DNA of 64,000 nt from a virus (taxonomy: Duplodnaviria > Caudoviricetes): the IMG/VR virus record IMGVR_UViG_3300029998_000597; one strand, 5' to 3'. Shown one piece after another: positions 21,783 to 32,214 of this stretch. A program made the translations under genes and the position numbers. How positions within the stretch are numbered: the first letter of the stretch is position 1; every line of letters begins with the position of its first letter. The notes below the pieces were generated by a model, which saw only the letters and a list, made by a program, of their open reading frames with translations, was not told the DNA's origin and ran no database searches.

Positions 21783-22358
21783 ATGATAAACACAATGATA
21801 AAAGATGTAAGTGGTGGGGTATGTTTAATCAAAAAATACATTTATTCAACATATATTCAAGATTTAACTTGTAATTGCGAGGATGTAGTTACAAGGAATA
21901 TAATTACATATTTACCTATGGGTGTCTATGTTAAACCATTTTATAATTCAAATATAAATTATTCTATCAACAATAGAGATAACTCAATCTATCTACAAGT
22001 AAATTCAATTTCAGAATTTGCTGAATCTTATATATCGGATTTAGTTACAACAGGGTATACAAGCACAGATGATAGTGGATTTGAGAATAGAGTGATATAC
22101 GACCAAGAATCTGATAGATATTATTATTTTGAAAATATATTAAATTCACCAAATTGTCAATTAAATGATACTTCTATGTGGGCTATAGTAGATAATAATG
22201 GGTTATTATTTAATGGTGTTGGTGATAATTATTATTATACAGAGTTAAATGAGTGTGGAATTGCTACTGGTAATAAATATATATATCTTTCCGACATCAA
22301 CCCAAATTCATTAACATATGGCCAAACCAAAACAATTTTAAAGTGTTATATGGTATAA
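21783..22358 (+). CDS. Putative structural protein
   Basis: ATG at 21783, just after the previous stop, preferred over 21678. Confidence 0.6.
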   Translation: MINTMIKDVSGGVCLIKKYIYSTYIQDLTCNCEDVVTRNIITYLPMGVYVKPFYNSNINYSINNRDNSIYLQVNSISEFAESYISDLVTTGYTSTDDSGFENRVIYDQESDRYYYFENILNSPNCQLNDTSMWAIVDNNGLLFNGVGDNYYYTELNECGIATGNKYIYLSDINPNSLTYGQTKTILKCYMV

Positions 22359-22374
22359 TTATATTAAAAGCAAC

Positions 22375-22405
22375 TTGTTTTTCTTGATTCTTTTACGTAC
22401 ATTTG
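22375..22405 (+). promoter_or_regulatory. Bacteroidota-type early promoter
   Basis: TTG-N20-TACATTTG. Confidence 0.8.
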
Positions 22406-22433
22406 TAAAAATTAATCAATATAATAAGTTTAT

Positions 22434-24851
22434 ATGTCAGTAAATAATAAATATAGAGTTAAAGTAGGGAAGAAATCAAAAATCAATGTTGAATGGAACG
22501 ACAATCCAATTAACTATTCTCATGAATCAAAAAAACATATTATATCGACATTTGCCGATAGATATGGAATACCAAAAGAATCGGTAAAAGTTTCTTTTAA
22601 TGCGATCAAATTAAATGAAAAAGGAGAACAAATAGATGTTTCGTCCGAGGTTATAAATAATATTCAAGATCCAAAATTTCAATTAAAACTATTTAATGAT
22701 TACATTATCGATAATAAAATCGAGAATATTGATTTTGAACATATAAAGGTTATTGATTCTGAGATAAATTCCAAAATTGATTACGATGTTTATGAAAAGT
22801 TTAGAAAATCTGAATTGGAATGGATTGAATGGAGCAATTTCCTAAGTTACGGTCCAGATAATAGGTTTGATTATACAGACTTAAAAGGCTTAATTCTTTT
22901 GAATGGTAGTATAGACGGAGTAACTAGTGGAAATCAAAACGGAAAAACTAGTTTCGCTATGGATTTAGTATCATTTTTATACTTCGGAAAAACTCAAAAG
23001 CCATACACGTTATCAGAATGTTTCAATAAATATTTAGATGTTACAACCTTTAATGTATGTGGTGGTATTAAAATAGACGGGTTAACTTATGTAATTGAAC
23101 GAGTAGTTACAAGAGCAAAAAAACGTACTGGTGAATGGGGAGATGCATCACAAAAGGTTAAATATTACCAAATAATAAATGGTGAAAAGGAAGAATTAAC
23201 GGATTCTATTTCAAACGAACAGGGTGAGTATTCAGTAAAAACCAATAAAATAATAAAAGAAGCTATCGGTAACGAAAAAGATTTTGGAATGATTGTAATG
23301 ACAACTGCTACTGATCTATTCTCTCTAATTGAAATGGGTAAAACAGAAACAGGTAAATTATTATCTAAATGGGTAGGATTATCACCACTGGAGGAAAAAG
23401 ATAAATTTGCAAAGGATAAATATAAAGAATTTGAAAAAGGTTTAAAATCAAAGTTATATGATAAAATAGAATTAACTTCGGTAATTGAAAACAATAATAT
23501 CTCTATCAAAACAAATAATGAAAATATTAATTTATCGAAAACCAGAGTTACTGAGCTAAATAAGTTAACAGAAATCGAACAGCAATCCAAGGACACATTA
23601 TTACTTTCAAAAAAACAAATCGATCAAAATATATTAAAATTAGATATTAATACGGTAAACGGTAGAATTGAAAAAATAAAACAAGAAGGTGCATCTAAAC
23701 GATTAGAATTAGCTGGATATAAATCAGAGTTTGAACTATTAAAAGATATTACATTCGATGAAATTATTTATAAGGGTAAGATTAATTTAGATAAAGAAAT
23801 TTCAATTGAAATAAGTAATATAAAAAATAAAATTACCACATTAAAATTAACAAACGAAAATTTAACTAAAAGCGAGTTTTGCCCAACATGTAAAAGGAAA
23901 TATGATGGTTTGGATAATTCTGGTGCAATATCACAAAACGAATTAAAAATAGAAGAATTAAAAAAATCTGGAATAACATCAGCTAATAATTTAAATACAA
24001 CTAAATCTGAAATTATTGAATTAGAAAATAATAAAAAAACTTTCGATAAAAAAGCAAAATTAATAGGTTTAATTGAAATAATACCAGTCCAAATTCAAAA
24101 TTTATTATCTCAATACAAAGAAAATGAACAAAAAATTAAAGATTTTAATGAAAATAAGGGTGCAATTGAAAAGAATAATCAGATAGATATCAGTCTAATA
24201 AACATCAATGCAAAAATTAGATCACTTACAATAGAAAGAGATGCCAAATTAAGAGAAATTGAAAATTTCGAAAGGAATATTGTTGAATTAGATAAAAAAA
24301 TTAAAACAAATGAGTTATTAATTAAAGAAATTAATACTGAAGCTATTTTAATCAGAGATTGGAAAGCTTATTTAGAAATGGTTGGTAAAAATGGTATTTC
24401 GAAAATGGTGTTAAAGAAAACACTACCAATTATAAATTCCGAATTAAGTAGACTTTTGGAAGATGTTTGTGATTTTGACATTGAAGTTGCTTTAACAGAT
24501 AAAAACGAGGTAGTTTTTAATATAATTAAAGATGATGTGGCATCAAGTTTGGGCGGTGCGTCTGGTTTCGAAAAAACAGCATCGGCGCTGGCTTTAAGAT
24601 GTGTTCTTGGGAATATATCAACAATGCCAAGACCAAACTTTTTAATTTTAGATGAAATTCTTGGCGGAGTTGCGAGTGAGAACTATGATAACATGAGAGA
24701 AATGTATAAGAAAATTGAAAAGGATTATCAATTCATTTTACACGTCACCCATCTGGATTCTATTAAGGATTGGCATAGCACTACCGTCCGAATCGACAAA
24801 CAGAAAAATATTTCATCCGCTAAAATAGAAATTAATGGTAATAACCAATAA
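22434..24851 (+). CDS. SbcC/Rad50/gp46-like recombination ATPase
   Basis: GNQNGKTS Walker A, coiled coils, CPTC zinc hook, ASGFEK signature, LILDE Walker B. Confidence 0.9.
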   Translation: MSVNNKYRVKVGKKSKINVEWNDNPINYSHESKKHIISTFADRYGIPKESVKVSFNAIKLNEKGEQIDVSSEVINNIQDPKFQLKLFNDYIIDNKIENIDFEHIKVIDSEINSKIDYDVYEKFRKSELEWIEWSNFLSYGPDNRFDYTDLKGLILLNGSIDGVTSGNQNGKTSFAMDLVSFLYFGKTQKPYTLSECFNKYLDVTTFNVCGGIKIDGLTYVIERVVTRAKKRTGEWGDASQKVKYYQIINGEKEELTDSISNEQGEYSVKTNKIIKEAIGNEKDFGMIVMTTATDLFSLIEMGKTETGKLLSKWVGLSPLEEKDKFAKDKYKEFEKGLKSKLYDKIELTSVIENNNISIKTNNENINLSKTRVTELNKLTEIEQQSKDTLLLSKKQIDQNILKLDINTVNGRIEKIKQEGASKRLELAGYKSEFELLKDITFDEIIYKGKINLDKEISIEISNIKNKITTLKLTNENLTKSEFCPTCKRKYDGLDNSGAISQNELKIEELKKSGITSANNLNTTKSEIIELENNKKTFDKKAKLIGLIEIIPVQIQNLLSQYKENEQKIKDFNENKGAIEKNNQIDISLININAKIRSLTIERDAKLREIENFERNIVELDKKIKTNELLIKEINTEAILIRDWKAYLEMVGKNGISKMVLKKTLPIINSELSRLLEDVCDFDIEVALTDKNEVVFNIIKDDVASSLGGASGFEKTASALALRCVLGNISTMPRPNFLILDEILGGVASENYDNMREMYKKIEKDYQFILHVTHLDSIKDWHSTTVRIDKQKNISSAKIEINGNNQ

Positions 24852-24854
24852 AAA

Positions 24855-25589
24855 ATGAGAGAAGAATTAAAAGAGTATAATGTTCTAAAGCAATATGGCC
24901 TTGAAATGAAAAAATTTTCAAGAATTAATTTAAAAGAGGAAAAACAATTAAGTAAAGCAATTCAAAAAGGAGATCTAAAATCAAGAGATAAGCTGGTCAC
25001 TTCAAATTTAAAATTAGTCCCATATATTGCATCAATGTATAAAGATAGAGGTGTAGAATATAAAGATCTAGTTTGTGAGGGAAATAGAGGTCTTATACTC
25101 GCAGCAAATAAGTTTGACTATAAGATTGGTACTAAATTTTCTACATACGCTTACTGGCAAATTAAAGAGGCAATTACGTCATCCATTAAAAACGAGGGTA
25201 AGTGGTTAGAAATACGAGAGCCAAATTTTAAATTTGATATTATGACTAATGGAGTAGAAGTGCTTAATGAATTAGATAAAGATGTAAACGATATTAGTAT
25301 AGATAAAACAATAAAATCATCTATTCAAAGCTTTTCAGATGATGAAAATGAAAAAGCTGAATTTGAGGCAATTGAAGACATGTTTAAAAGTGTGTTATTT
25401 TATTTAGATGAACTTAGCCCAAGAGAATCTACCATTGTTAAACATTATTTCGGAATTGAAGAACATGATGAATTAAATATTACTGAATTATCTAAAATGT
25501 ATAATATCTCATATATGCGAATTTCTAAAATAATTGATGAGTCGATTCGTAAAATTAGGTGTAAATATTTAGAAAAAACCGTTTTTTGA
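24855..25589 (+). CDS. Phage sigma70-family RNA polymerase sigma factor
   Basis: LVTSNLKLV, DLVCEGNRGL, KFSTYAYWQI (region 2) and LSPRE..HTH (region 4). Confidence 0.9.
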   Translation: MREELKEYNVLKQYGLEMKKFSRINLKEEKQLSKAIQKGDLKSRDKLVTSNLKLVPYIASMYKDRGVEYKDLVCEGNRGLILAANKFDYKIGTKFSTYAYWQIKEAITSSIKNEGKWLEIREPNFKFDIMTNGVEVLNELDKDVNDISIDKTIKSSIQSFSDDENEKAEFEAIEDMFKSVLFYLDELSPRESTIVKHYFGIEEHDELNITELSKMYNISYMRISKIIDESIRKIRCKYLEKTVF

Positions 25590-25590
25590 A

Positions 25591-25600
25591 CTATTTATAA
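25591..25600 (+). promoter_or_regulatory. Putative late promoter
   Basis: CTATTTATAA 14 nt before ATG 25615. Confidence 0.55.
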
Positions 25601-25614
25601 TAAAAATAAGTAAA

Positions 25615-26064
25615 ATGACTAAAAATAGTAACGTGGTACTTTTAAACGAATCGGATATTACCAGAAAAATGTGTCAAACACTACGTCGATTAACAGAAGA
25701 GTTTGAAACAGCAGACCCATCCAACAATGATACCTCAAATACAATTGTAATTCCAGAGAGTGATCCATATTTTATGGAATTAAAGGCTAACTTACAGAAA
25801 TTTGTTGGGGCAGTTAAAACAGACTCTAATTCATTAATAGTTTATACAGCGGATAGTGATGTTGTGTTTAATGGTGAAATTACGGGAATGAACAATTTAA
25901 AATTTCAATTCAGATATAATGATCAAAGTGGTGGATTATATATTTGGGGTGATTCTGTTTTACTATCAAAAGACACATCTGATAAACTTGGTAAACTCGT
26001 AGTTTTAAAAGACCAGTGGAAAACATATTGGGATGAAAAATTGGGGGATTATCAAAATAAATAA
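25615..26064 (+). CDS. Hypothetical, putative head-associated protein
   Basis: Late motif upstream; LLNES and LTEE motifs. Confidence 0.6.
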   Translation: MTKNSNVVLLNESDITRKMCQTLRRLTEEFETADPSNNDTSNTIVIPESDPYFMELKANLQKFVGAVKTDSNSLIVYTADSDVVFNGEITGMNNLKFQFRYNDQSGGLYIWGDSVLLSKDTSDKLGKLVVLKDQWKTYWDEKLGDYQNK

Positions 26065-26083
26065 TTATTTTATTTATATAGTT

Positions 26084-26111
26084 AAAAAGTTAGAGAAATC
26101 TAGCTTTTTTT
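26084..26111 (+). terminator. Intrinsic terminator
   Basis: AAAAAGTTAGA/TCTAGCTTTTT. Confidence 0.65.
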
Positions 26112-26121
26112 ATTTTACATA

Positions 26122-26131
26122 CTATTTATAT
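26122..26131 (+). promoter_or_regulatory. Putative late promoter
   Basis: CTATTTATAT. Confidence 0.55.
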
Positions 26132-26153
26132 TAAAAATATATTAAAATAATAT

Positions 26154-26360
26154 ATGGAACCGAACAGATTAAAACAATTAATTAAAGAAGAATTTTCAAA
26201 GCCTGAAATTATTAGTTTAATTAGAGATGAAAACGCAAAGCAATTAAAATCAAAAGATTTTGAAGCAAGAACAAAGGTAATTTCAGCCAAAGTAATAGAG
26301 GAGTTATATAAACTATTATGGCAACGTAAAAATTTCTGGGCCGATACAATAAATAAATAA
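26154..26360 (+). CDS. Hypothetical protein
   Basis: 68 aa; LIKEE motif. Confidence 0.7.
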   Translation: MEPNRLKQLIKEEFSKPEIISLIRDENAKQLKSKDFEARTKVISAKVIEELYKLLWQRKNFWADTINK

Positions 26361-26367
26361 TTAACTA

Positions 26368-26823
26368 ATGAACATACTTATTAATAAAGATAATTTAATG
26401 ATATTAAAAGAGTCTATTGAAGCTCAAAAAATATCAAGAGATGAGTTCATTAAAGAAGTAAAATCTTTTTTATATGAAATGCTTTCAAATAATCATACAA
26501 TAAATAAAGGTAATTTCTGGGGTTTAAATGGATTAAGAAATAGCGAAGTATTAAATAAGTTACTGAGATTTGGTCTAGTTGAAAGAAAGTTAGAATTATC
26601 AGAGGATACAGGTTTAACAGAGATTAAATTAATGGTTCCAAAGAAAAATTTCGAACGAAAAGTTGATAGATTATATTATGATATGTTTCCAGAACAAGAA
26701 CTTGTAACTGAAGATGGTGAAGGTGGTGGAGATATGGGTGGAGTAAATACGTGTAGTTCAGTTGGTGGTAGCTTTGAAATTCCGTTTATGTCACCAATCA
26801 ATAGAAAAATAGGTGGATTATGA
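26368..26823 (+). CDS. Hypothetical protein
   Basis: 151 aa; ILKES and LVTED motifs. Confidence 0.7.
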   Translation: MNILINKDNLMILKESIEAQKISRDEFIKEVKSFLYEMLSNNHTINKGNFWGLNGLRNSEVLNKLLRFGLVERKLELSEDTGLTEIKLMVPKKNFERKVDRLYYDMFPEQELVTEDGEGGGDMGGVNTCSSVGGSFEIPFMSPINRKIGGL

Positions 26824-26855
26824 AAATAATTTTCAAAAAAATAGTATAAATAATA

Positions 26856-26865
26856 ATATTTATAT
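26856..26865 (+). promoter_or_regulatory. Putative late promoter
   Basis: ATATTTATAT upstream of 26928. Confidence 0.4.
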
Positions 26866-26927
26866 ACTTATAATAAAAGTAATTTATTACAATAGTTAAT
26901 TGAAAATAAAACGAAAATAAAAATTAT

Positions 26928-27770
26928 ATGGAAACCATCTTAACTGGAAAACAATTACGTGAAATGATTGGAGAAGGTATCTCTGAATTCAAGCCAGTTC
27001 TTGGTCCAGGTGTTACTGATAAAAATAAAAAATCCAATATCGAATCCAATAAAAATACATTAGAATACACTGGTGCAACCACTAAAAAAAATATTGGTGA
27101 TGAAAGCAATCCAGTTAAATTCAATGATGCTAAAGGTGATATAAATAACAATAAAACAAATTTAGATCTTGAGTTTCCTAGTGATCCTGGTGACAAATGG
27201 AAAGAACGTGTAAAAAAAGGCATCGAAGGTGACCCATCAATGGGTAATAGTGTAGATAAAGAGGATGCAGCTACGAGCGATAAAGGGAATAAAGAATATT
27301 ATAAAGCAGCTGATAAATCAAGCGAAGATAAAACAGATAAAGAGCATATTCTAAAAAGCACAGGTCTGGTTTCGAAATTTATTGATTTACCAAAGAAGCC
27401 TACCGCATTTGAGAGTGTAGATTTAACTAAAACACTACGTTTGAATTTTAAAAACACTCAATTTTTAGGTGAAAGTCATATGCTTAGTTTAATCCCAGAA
27501 GATTATAAAAAAGATGGGTGTAATTTCATTATGAAAGATAAAAATCAAAATGAATATTTAATAGCCTGGAAAATAAATGGCTTAATAAATGAGGCTGTAA
27601 TTAAGGGGTATGAAAATAAAATTAAATTAGCCGAAGAATTTAATAGAATTAAAAAGTTATATAATTACGATAGTAAAGAACAATTTGGAACACCAACTAA
27701 CGAACAAAGGAAACAAGAAGATTCACAAATACAAAAAGGAATAGAAAAGATGCGTAGTTTGTTGGATTAG
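26928..27770 (+). CDS. Hypothetical, putative internal head protein
   Basis: 280 aa, K/D/E-rich low complexity. Confidence 0.6.
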   Translation: METILTGKQLREMIGEGISEFKPVLGPGVTDKNKKSNIESNKNTLEYTGATTKKNIGDESNPVKFNDAKGDINNNKTNLDLEFPSDPGDKWKERVKKGIEGDPSMGNSVDKEDAATSDKGNKEYYKAADKSSEDKTDKEHILKSTGLVSKFIDLPKKPTAFESVDLTKTLRLNFKNTQFLGESHMLSLIPEDYKKDGCNFIMKDKNQNEYLIAWKINGLINEAVIKGYENKIKLAEEFNRIKKLYNYDSKEQFGTPTNEQRKQEDSQIQKGIEKMRSLLD

Positions 27771-27820
27771 AATTCCATATTTTCTCATCATTAAAATAAA
27801 ATATAAGCTGAGTTAAAAAA

Positions 27821-28543
27821 ATGAATATAATACCAACAACTAAGATAGATGAGCAAATAAATGACAAGTTAGGGTTGTTGGAAAGAACGTTGAGGATGAT
27901 TGATAAATATGGTTTATTTAGGGTTTTTGGTGGGCTATTTGTATTAATATTATTTGCTTTAACTCTCGCCTTATTTATAAATCAAAAAGCTATTGTAACA
28001 AAAGTAATGCAGGATCAGAAAATTGAAGAGACAAAAAAACATTCAACAACTATGCAATTAAGATTGAATCAAATAAATCCTCAGATAGATGCTATATTAT
28101 TAAAGTTATTAATAGAAACAAGTTCAGATAGAGTATTTGTTATTGAAATGCATAACGGGTCAAATAACCCAACAGGATTACCATTTGTTTATGGAGAAAT
28201 AACCTATGAACAAATGATAAATCCAGATATGCCACCAATTGCTGAAGAATATGGTAATATTAATCTTTCCAGATTTAGCTTCGTTGCTCATGTTTATAAA
28301 AATAAAATATTTAAAGGAACTATAGAAGATCTGAAAAAAATAGATGTAAAATTAGCTAATAGAATGTCTCAAAATAATGTAAAATATCTATATATGGTAT
28401 CATTAACTGGGAGTAATATGGCTATTGGTTTTTTAGGTATTTCATATATAGAAAAACCAATTAACAAGAACGCCGATGGGAAGATTATTGATGCATCACA
28501 GAAAATAGCTATACTTTTAGATTTATATCAATCAACAAAATAA
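27821..28543 (+). CDS. Single-pass membrane protein
   Basis: One N-terminal TM segment followed by a globular domain. Confidence 0.6.
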   Translation: MNIIPTTKIDEQINDKLGLLERTLRMIDKYGLFRVFGGLFVLILFALTLALFINQKAIVTKVMQDQKIEETKKHSTTMQLRLNQINPQIDAILLKLLIETSSDRVFVIEMHNGSNNPTGLPFVYGEITYEQMINPDMPPIAEEYGNINLSRFSFVAHVYKNKIFKGTIEDLKKIDVKLANRMSQNNVKYLYMVSLTGSNMAIGFLGISYIEKPINKNADGKIIDASQKIAILLDLYQSTK

Positions 28544-28565
28544 ACTTTATTTAATACGTTTCACT

Positions 28566-28970
28566 ATGGCAAAAAATAAATTAGTTGCAGACTTAGTACA
28601 GTGGGTTTTAATATTATCTTTATCGGGAATGTGTTTATTACTTTATTTAAATGGACAGTCAATTATCGAGAATGCAAATTTACACAAATTAGAAAATAAA
28701 ATTTTAATTGGTAAAAATGAAAGACTTACCGACTCAATTAATTTTATGCGAATAAATAAACCATTAACAATAGTTAAATATAGACTAATACATAATGGTG
28801 ATACTATTTACATTGATAGGAAATTAGCGCCTTTAGATGATACAATTTATGATTTTACAGAAAAAAAAGGAGCACTGAATTACCAAATTAAGATAAAAGC
28901 TAAAAATATAAGCTGGTATAAAGTAAATGTTTCAGTAAATGAAGACCTAACATTTTTAGCAAAAAAATAA
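28566..28970 (+). CDS. Membrane-anchored protein
   Basis: N-terminal hydrophobic anchor then coiled coil. Confidence 0.6.
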   Translation: MAKNKLVADLVQWVLILSLSGMCLLLYLNGQSIIENANLHKLENKILIGKNERLTDSINFMRINKPLTIVKYRLIHNGDTIYIDRKLAPLDDTIYDFTEKKGALNYQIKIKAKNISWYKVNVSVNEDLTFLAKK

Positions 28971-28989
28971 AACATTTTATAGTTTTAAC

Positions 28990-29020
28990 TTGTTTTTCTT
29001 AATTATTATTCGTACATTTG
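28990..29020 (+). promoter_or_regulatory. Bacteroidota-type early promoter
   Basis: TTG-N20-TACATTTG. Confidence 0.8.
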
Positions 29021-29046
29021 TTTTGAATTTAAAATAAACAAATGTT

Positions 29047-29238
29047 ATGGTTATGTTTTTAATTATCATTCACTTTTTAAAGATATTTATTTTATTTCTT
29101 TCAATACAGATAGTAGTGAAAGAAATTTTCCATCTATATAAGTGTATAAAAGCGAAAATTTCGTATGAAATTGTGAGTAAAGATTTACTATTTTTCGGAT
29201 TGAGTGTGAGTTATATACTTACAATAATCTTTTTTTAA
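29047..29238 (+). CDS. Small membrane protein
   Basis: Two hydrophobic segments. Confidence 0.6.
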   Translation: MVMFLIIIHFLKIFILFLSIQIVVKEIFHLYKCIKAKISYEIVSKDLLFFGLSVSYILTIIFF

Positions 29239-29249
29239 AAATAAATAAA

Positions 29250-29726
29250 ATGTTAGAAGAAAAAATAAACAAATTAGGCGATAGGTACATTATAAATGGT
29301 ATCTACGAGGGCTTTAAGTATGTCAAAGTGTTTATACCCACAGAATGGGTTCTACAGGAGATGTATGGCGATATAGATGTTCAGAGAGATAGTAATAAAC
29401 CAACGCAAGTAGTTTTTGGTTCTGATATTGTAAGTATAAGTTTTTCTGACATTATAGATGTAATATTAGAGAGTATTAACCCATATCTAGTAGATTTAGA
29501 AAAGGATATTTTATTTAATTCTTACATTGATAAATTAGAATTAATTTTTAAAGAGAATGAATTAGATTATTTAAAAACTCTAAATTTCACATTTAGTGGT
29601 AAACAAAAACGCCCATATAAAAAATCAAAAGTGGAACCTGAAATAGCATCTGATAAAAGGGAATTACTAACTGAAGATAAAAGTGTTATCAAATCAGACA
29701 TTGAAATATCAAATAAAGCAGAATAA
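29250..29726 (+). CDS. Hypothetical protein
   Basis: 158 aa ORF. Confidence 0.7.
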   Translation: MLEEKINKLGDRYIINGIYEGFKYVKVFIPTEWVLQEMYGDIDVQRDSNKPTQVVFGSDIVSISFSDIIDVILESINPYLVDLEKDILFNSYIDKLELIFKENELDYLKTLNFTFSGKQKRPYKKSKVEPEIASDKRELLTEDKSVIKSDIEISNKAE

Positions 29727-30103
29727 TGGAACTACTTGTATTACTATCTTTTATTTTTATATCATACGGTCTATCAAACATGATCGTATATTCAAATGGT
29801 CCTGGTGGTATTTTTACTTGGTGGAGATCGTGTTCCAATAAAATACATCCTAAATTTGGTGAATTATTTGATTGTATGATGTGCCTACCTATGTGGGTTG
29901 GTATGTTTTTTTCAGTAATTAATTTATTTTTTATTTCCAGTTTTTCATTTACACCAATGAATATGATATTTGGCCGAATTATATATGACTATTATGGTAT
30001 TGATTTCTTGTTTATTACAATATTAATTTTATTGTGTGATGGGGCAATTGCCTCAGGTACGAGCTGGGTAATACATAACATAGAAGAACATTTTGAAAAA
30101 TAA
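29726..30103 (+). CDS. DUF1360-like membrane protein
   Basis: ELFDCMMCLPMW (CxxC..W) plus TM helices. Confidence 0.65.
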   Translation: MELLVLLSFIFISYGLSNMIVYSNGPGGIFTWWRSCSNKIHPKFGELFDCMMCLPMWVGMFFSVINLFFISSFSFTPMNMIFGRIIYDYYGIDFLFITILILLCDGAIASGTSWVIHNIEEHFEK

Positions 30104-30287
30104 AAATTATGTTTTTTTAAAACAAGCAATAGAACAAGATTTTATAAATCTTACCAATGATTTAGCATATTATGGGAATCAATATAAAGATTTAAAACAC
30201 GAAGGTGATGATAAAATTTGTAAAGGCATATTTAAAGGTAAATCAGAAGTTTATTTATTCGCAAGTAAAAAAATTTTAATATATTAA
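30093..30287 (+). CDS. Hypothetical protein
   Basis: 64 aa, TTG start, coupled. Confidence 0.55.
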   Translation: MKNKNYVFLKQAIEQDFINLTNDLAYYGNQYKDLKHEGDDKICKGIFKGKSEVYLFASKKILIY

Positions 30288-30302
30288 ACTGGTATAGGAA
30301 AG

Positions 30303-30521
30303 ATGATTAATGAGGAAAAAGAAATAAAAGAGTCTGAATCTGAATATATCATGCTAAATATTAAAAATGATAATTTTAGGGATTCATTTGCAAACCAATT
30401 AATTAATGGGTTAGGTGAAAAAATGATAACTGAGATTAAAAATCCATATAAACCAACAAAATATAATTTATTTAAAATTAAGATAAATCGATTTATAAAC
30501 AGTATATTTGAAGTATTATAA
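30303..30521 (+). CDS. Hypothetical protein
   Basis: 72 aa. Confidence 0.65.
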   Translation: MINEEKEIKESESEYIMLNIKNDNFRDSFANQLINGLGEKMITEIKNPYKPTKYNLFKIKINRFINSIFEVL

Positions 30522-30781
30522 TGGGAAAAATATTTAACATACCTACATATGAACAATTATTAAAAATTGCATCTACATTACACAACGAGTTAAACGATGT
30601 AAGGAAAGATAATATCACAATTGTATTTGAATTAGAGCAAGAGCTTTTAAGACAAATAGATGAGGATTATTTTTTCAAAAATAATAAAGATGCATTACCA
30701 AGCGATTTCAGTCCAGGAGATGAGGTATTAGTTACAATACTTGATTTAAAGTTTAAATTTATTAAAGATGTAAATGAATAA
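30521..30781 (+). CDS. Hypothetical protein
   Basis: 86 aa, coupled. Confidence 0.7.
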   Translation: MGKIFNIPTYEQLLKIASTLHNELNDVRKDNITIVFELEQELLRQIDEDYFFKNNKDALPSDFSPGDEVLVTILDLKFKFIKDVNE

Positions 30782-31658
30782 TATTTTATTAGAAAACGAT
30801 ACAATTGAAAATAAATATACAAAATTAAGAAAAAGGCTTGCGGATGAGGCTTATAGAAAATGTGGAAATCAAAGAAGAAAAGATGCTACTTCTCATCGAA
30901 AGAAATATAGAAAAGATAAGAAGAAAAAGGATTCTGAAATAAAAGCATTAAAGAAAAAGCAAGAAAGAAAAATAAATCCCTACTGGAGGATAATAGTTAC
31001 AAGTCAAAAAAAAGTTTTAGTTGATATTTTATATACACCAAGCAAAGATGATGCAATTCAGAAATTTAATAAGATTCTTATTGAAAACAAGAAAGATATA
31101 AGAATACCCAAAAAAGTTATAATAAAGGAGCATAATGTTTATGAAGCAAAATACGAATTAGTTTTATTACAGAGAAGAAATGCTGACGATCCTAAAGAGA
31201 CACTACTCAGAAATGAAATTGGCCAATTCGTCCCAAATATAGCGACAAATGAAAAATGGTTAATTTACGAGAAATCAGATTTTTATTTTGAGGAAACATA
31301 TTGGGTACACGGCTTCCACCCCAGACACCAAAGAAAAAATTTTTATTATATATTAGAAGATATATTATTAAACGGTGTTAACAAGGTTAATCACCATCAG
31401 AAACGGGTAATGGTTTATAAAAATAAACTAATAATTGAAAATGAAGATTACAGTTTCGAAATGGTTATATGTAAAACCCACGAAGACTGTATTAGGTTAT
31501 ATAATGAATTAGAAAAGGATGTATTACCATTAAAACTAAAATCAATATATTGGTCAGGATTCGTTAGGGACGCTATTTCAGGTAATTTAATTGAGAGAAT
31601 AGCCGAAAAAACAGGATGGGATAATAGAAAAATAATGAGAAGCAGTACGAGACCTTAG
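30774..31658 (+). CDS. Hypothetical basic protein
   Basis: 294 aa, very K/R-rich N-terminus. Confidence 0.75.
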   Translation: MNNILLENDTIENKYTKLRKRLADEAYRKCGNQRRKDATSHRKKYRKDKKKKDSEIKALKKKQERKINPYWRIIVTSQKKVLVDILYTPSKDDAIQKFNKILIENKKDIRIPKKVIIKEHNVYEAKYELVLLQRRNADDPKETLLRNEIGQFVPNIATNEKWLIYEKSDFYFEETYWVHGFHPRHQRKNFYYILEDILLNGVNKVNHHQKRVMVYKNKLIIENEDYSFEMVICKTHEDCIRLYNELEKDVLPLKLKSIYWSGFVRDAISGNLIERIAEKTGWDNRKIMRSSTRP

Positions 31659-31689
31659 AGAAAATAATTAAAACTTTAACAATCAAGAG

Positions 31690-31720
31690 TTGTTTTTCTC
31701 ATAAAAAGTTAGTACATTTG
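31690..31720 (+). promoter_or_regulatory. Bacteroidota-type early promoter
   Basis: TTG-N20-TACATTTG. Confidence 0.8.
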
Positions 31721-31764
31721 TTGTGAATTTAAAAAGTAATATTAATAATTAAAACTTAGAAAAA

Positions 31765-32211
31765 ATGTTGAATTGGTTTAATGTAAAAGTAAAGTATGAA
31801 AAAACAGCCGAAGAAGGTAAGATTGTAAAAACGTGTGATGAATTTTTATTTGATGCTCTATCTTTTACAGAAGCGGAAGCTAGGGTAACAGAAGAATTAA
31901 AACCTTTTATTAGTGGTGAATTTCTTACGGCTGCGATTAAAAGGGAAAAAATTAGTGAAATGTTCTTCAATGATAATGGAGACAAATGGTATCGTTGTAA
32001 GGTTGCTTTTATAAGCTTAGATGAAATCAAAGGAGTTGAAAAGAGGACTACCTGTACTATGATGGCTCAAGCAAACGACGTTAAAGATGCTTGGGATGTA
32101 ATTGCAGATGGAATGAAAGGATCAATGGCCGATTATCAAGTTTGTGGTATTGTAGAAACAAATATTTTAGATGTTTATAAATATGAAGTACCAAAAGAAG
32201 AGGAGAAATAA
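31765..32211 (+). CDS. DUF4494-family protein (Bacteroidota-typical)
   Basis: WFNVKVKYEK..DALSFTEAEARV..DKWYRCKVAFI. Confidence 0.85.
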   Translation: MLNWFNVKVKYEKTAEEGKIVKTCDEFLFDALSFTEAEARVTEELKPFISGEFLTAAIKREKISEMFFNDNGDKWYRCKVAFISLDEIKGVEKRTTCTMMAQANDVKDAWDVIADGMKGSMADYQVCGIVETNILDVYKYEVPKEEEK

Positions 32212-32214
32212 ATT

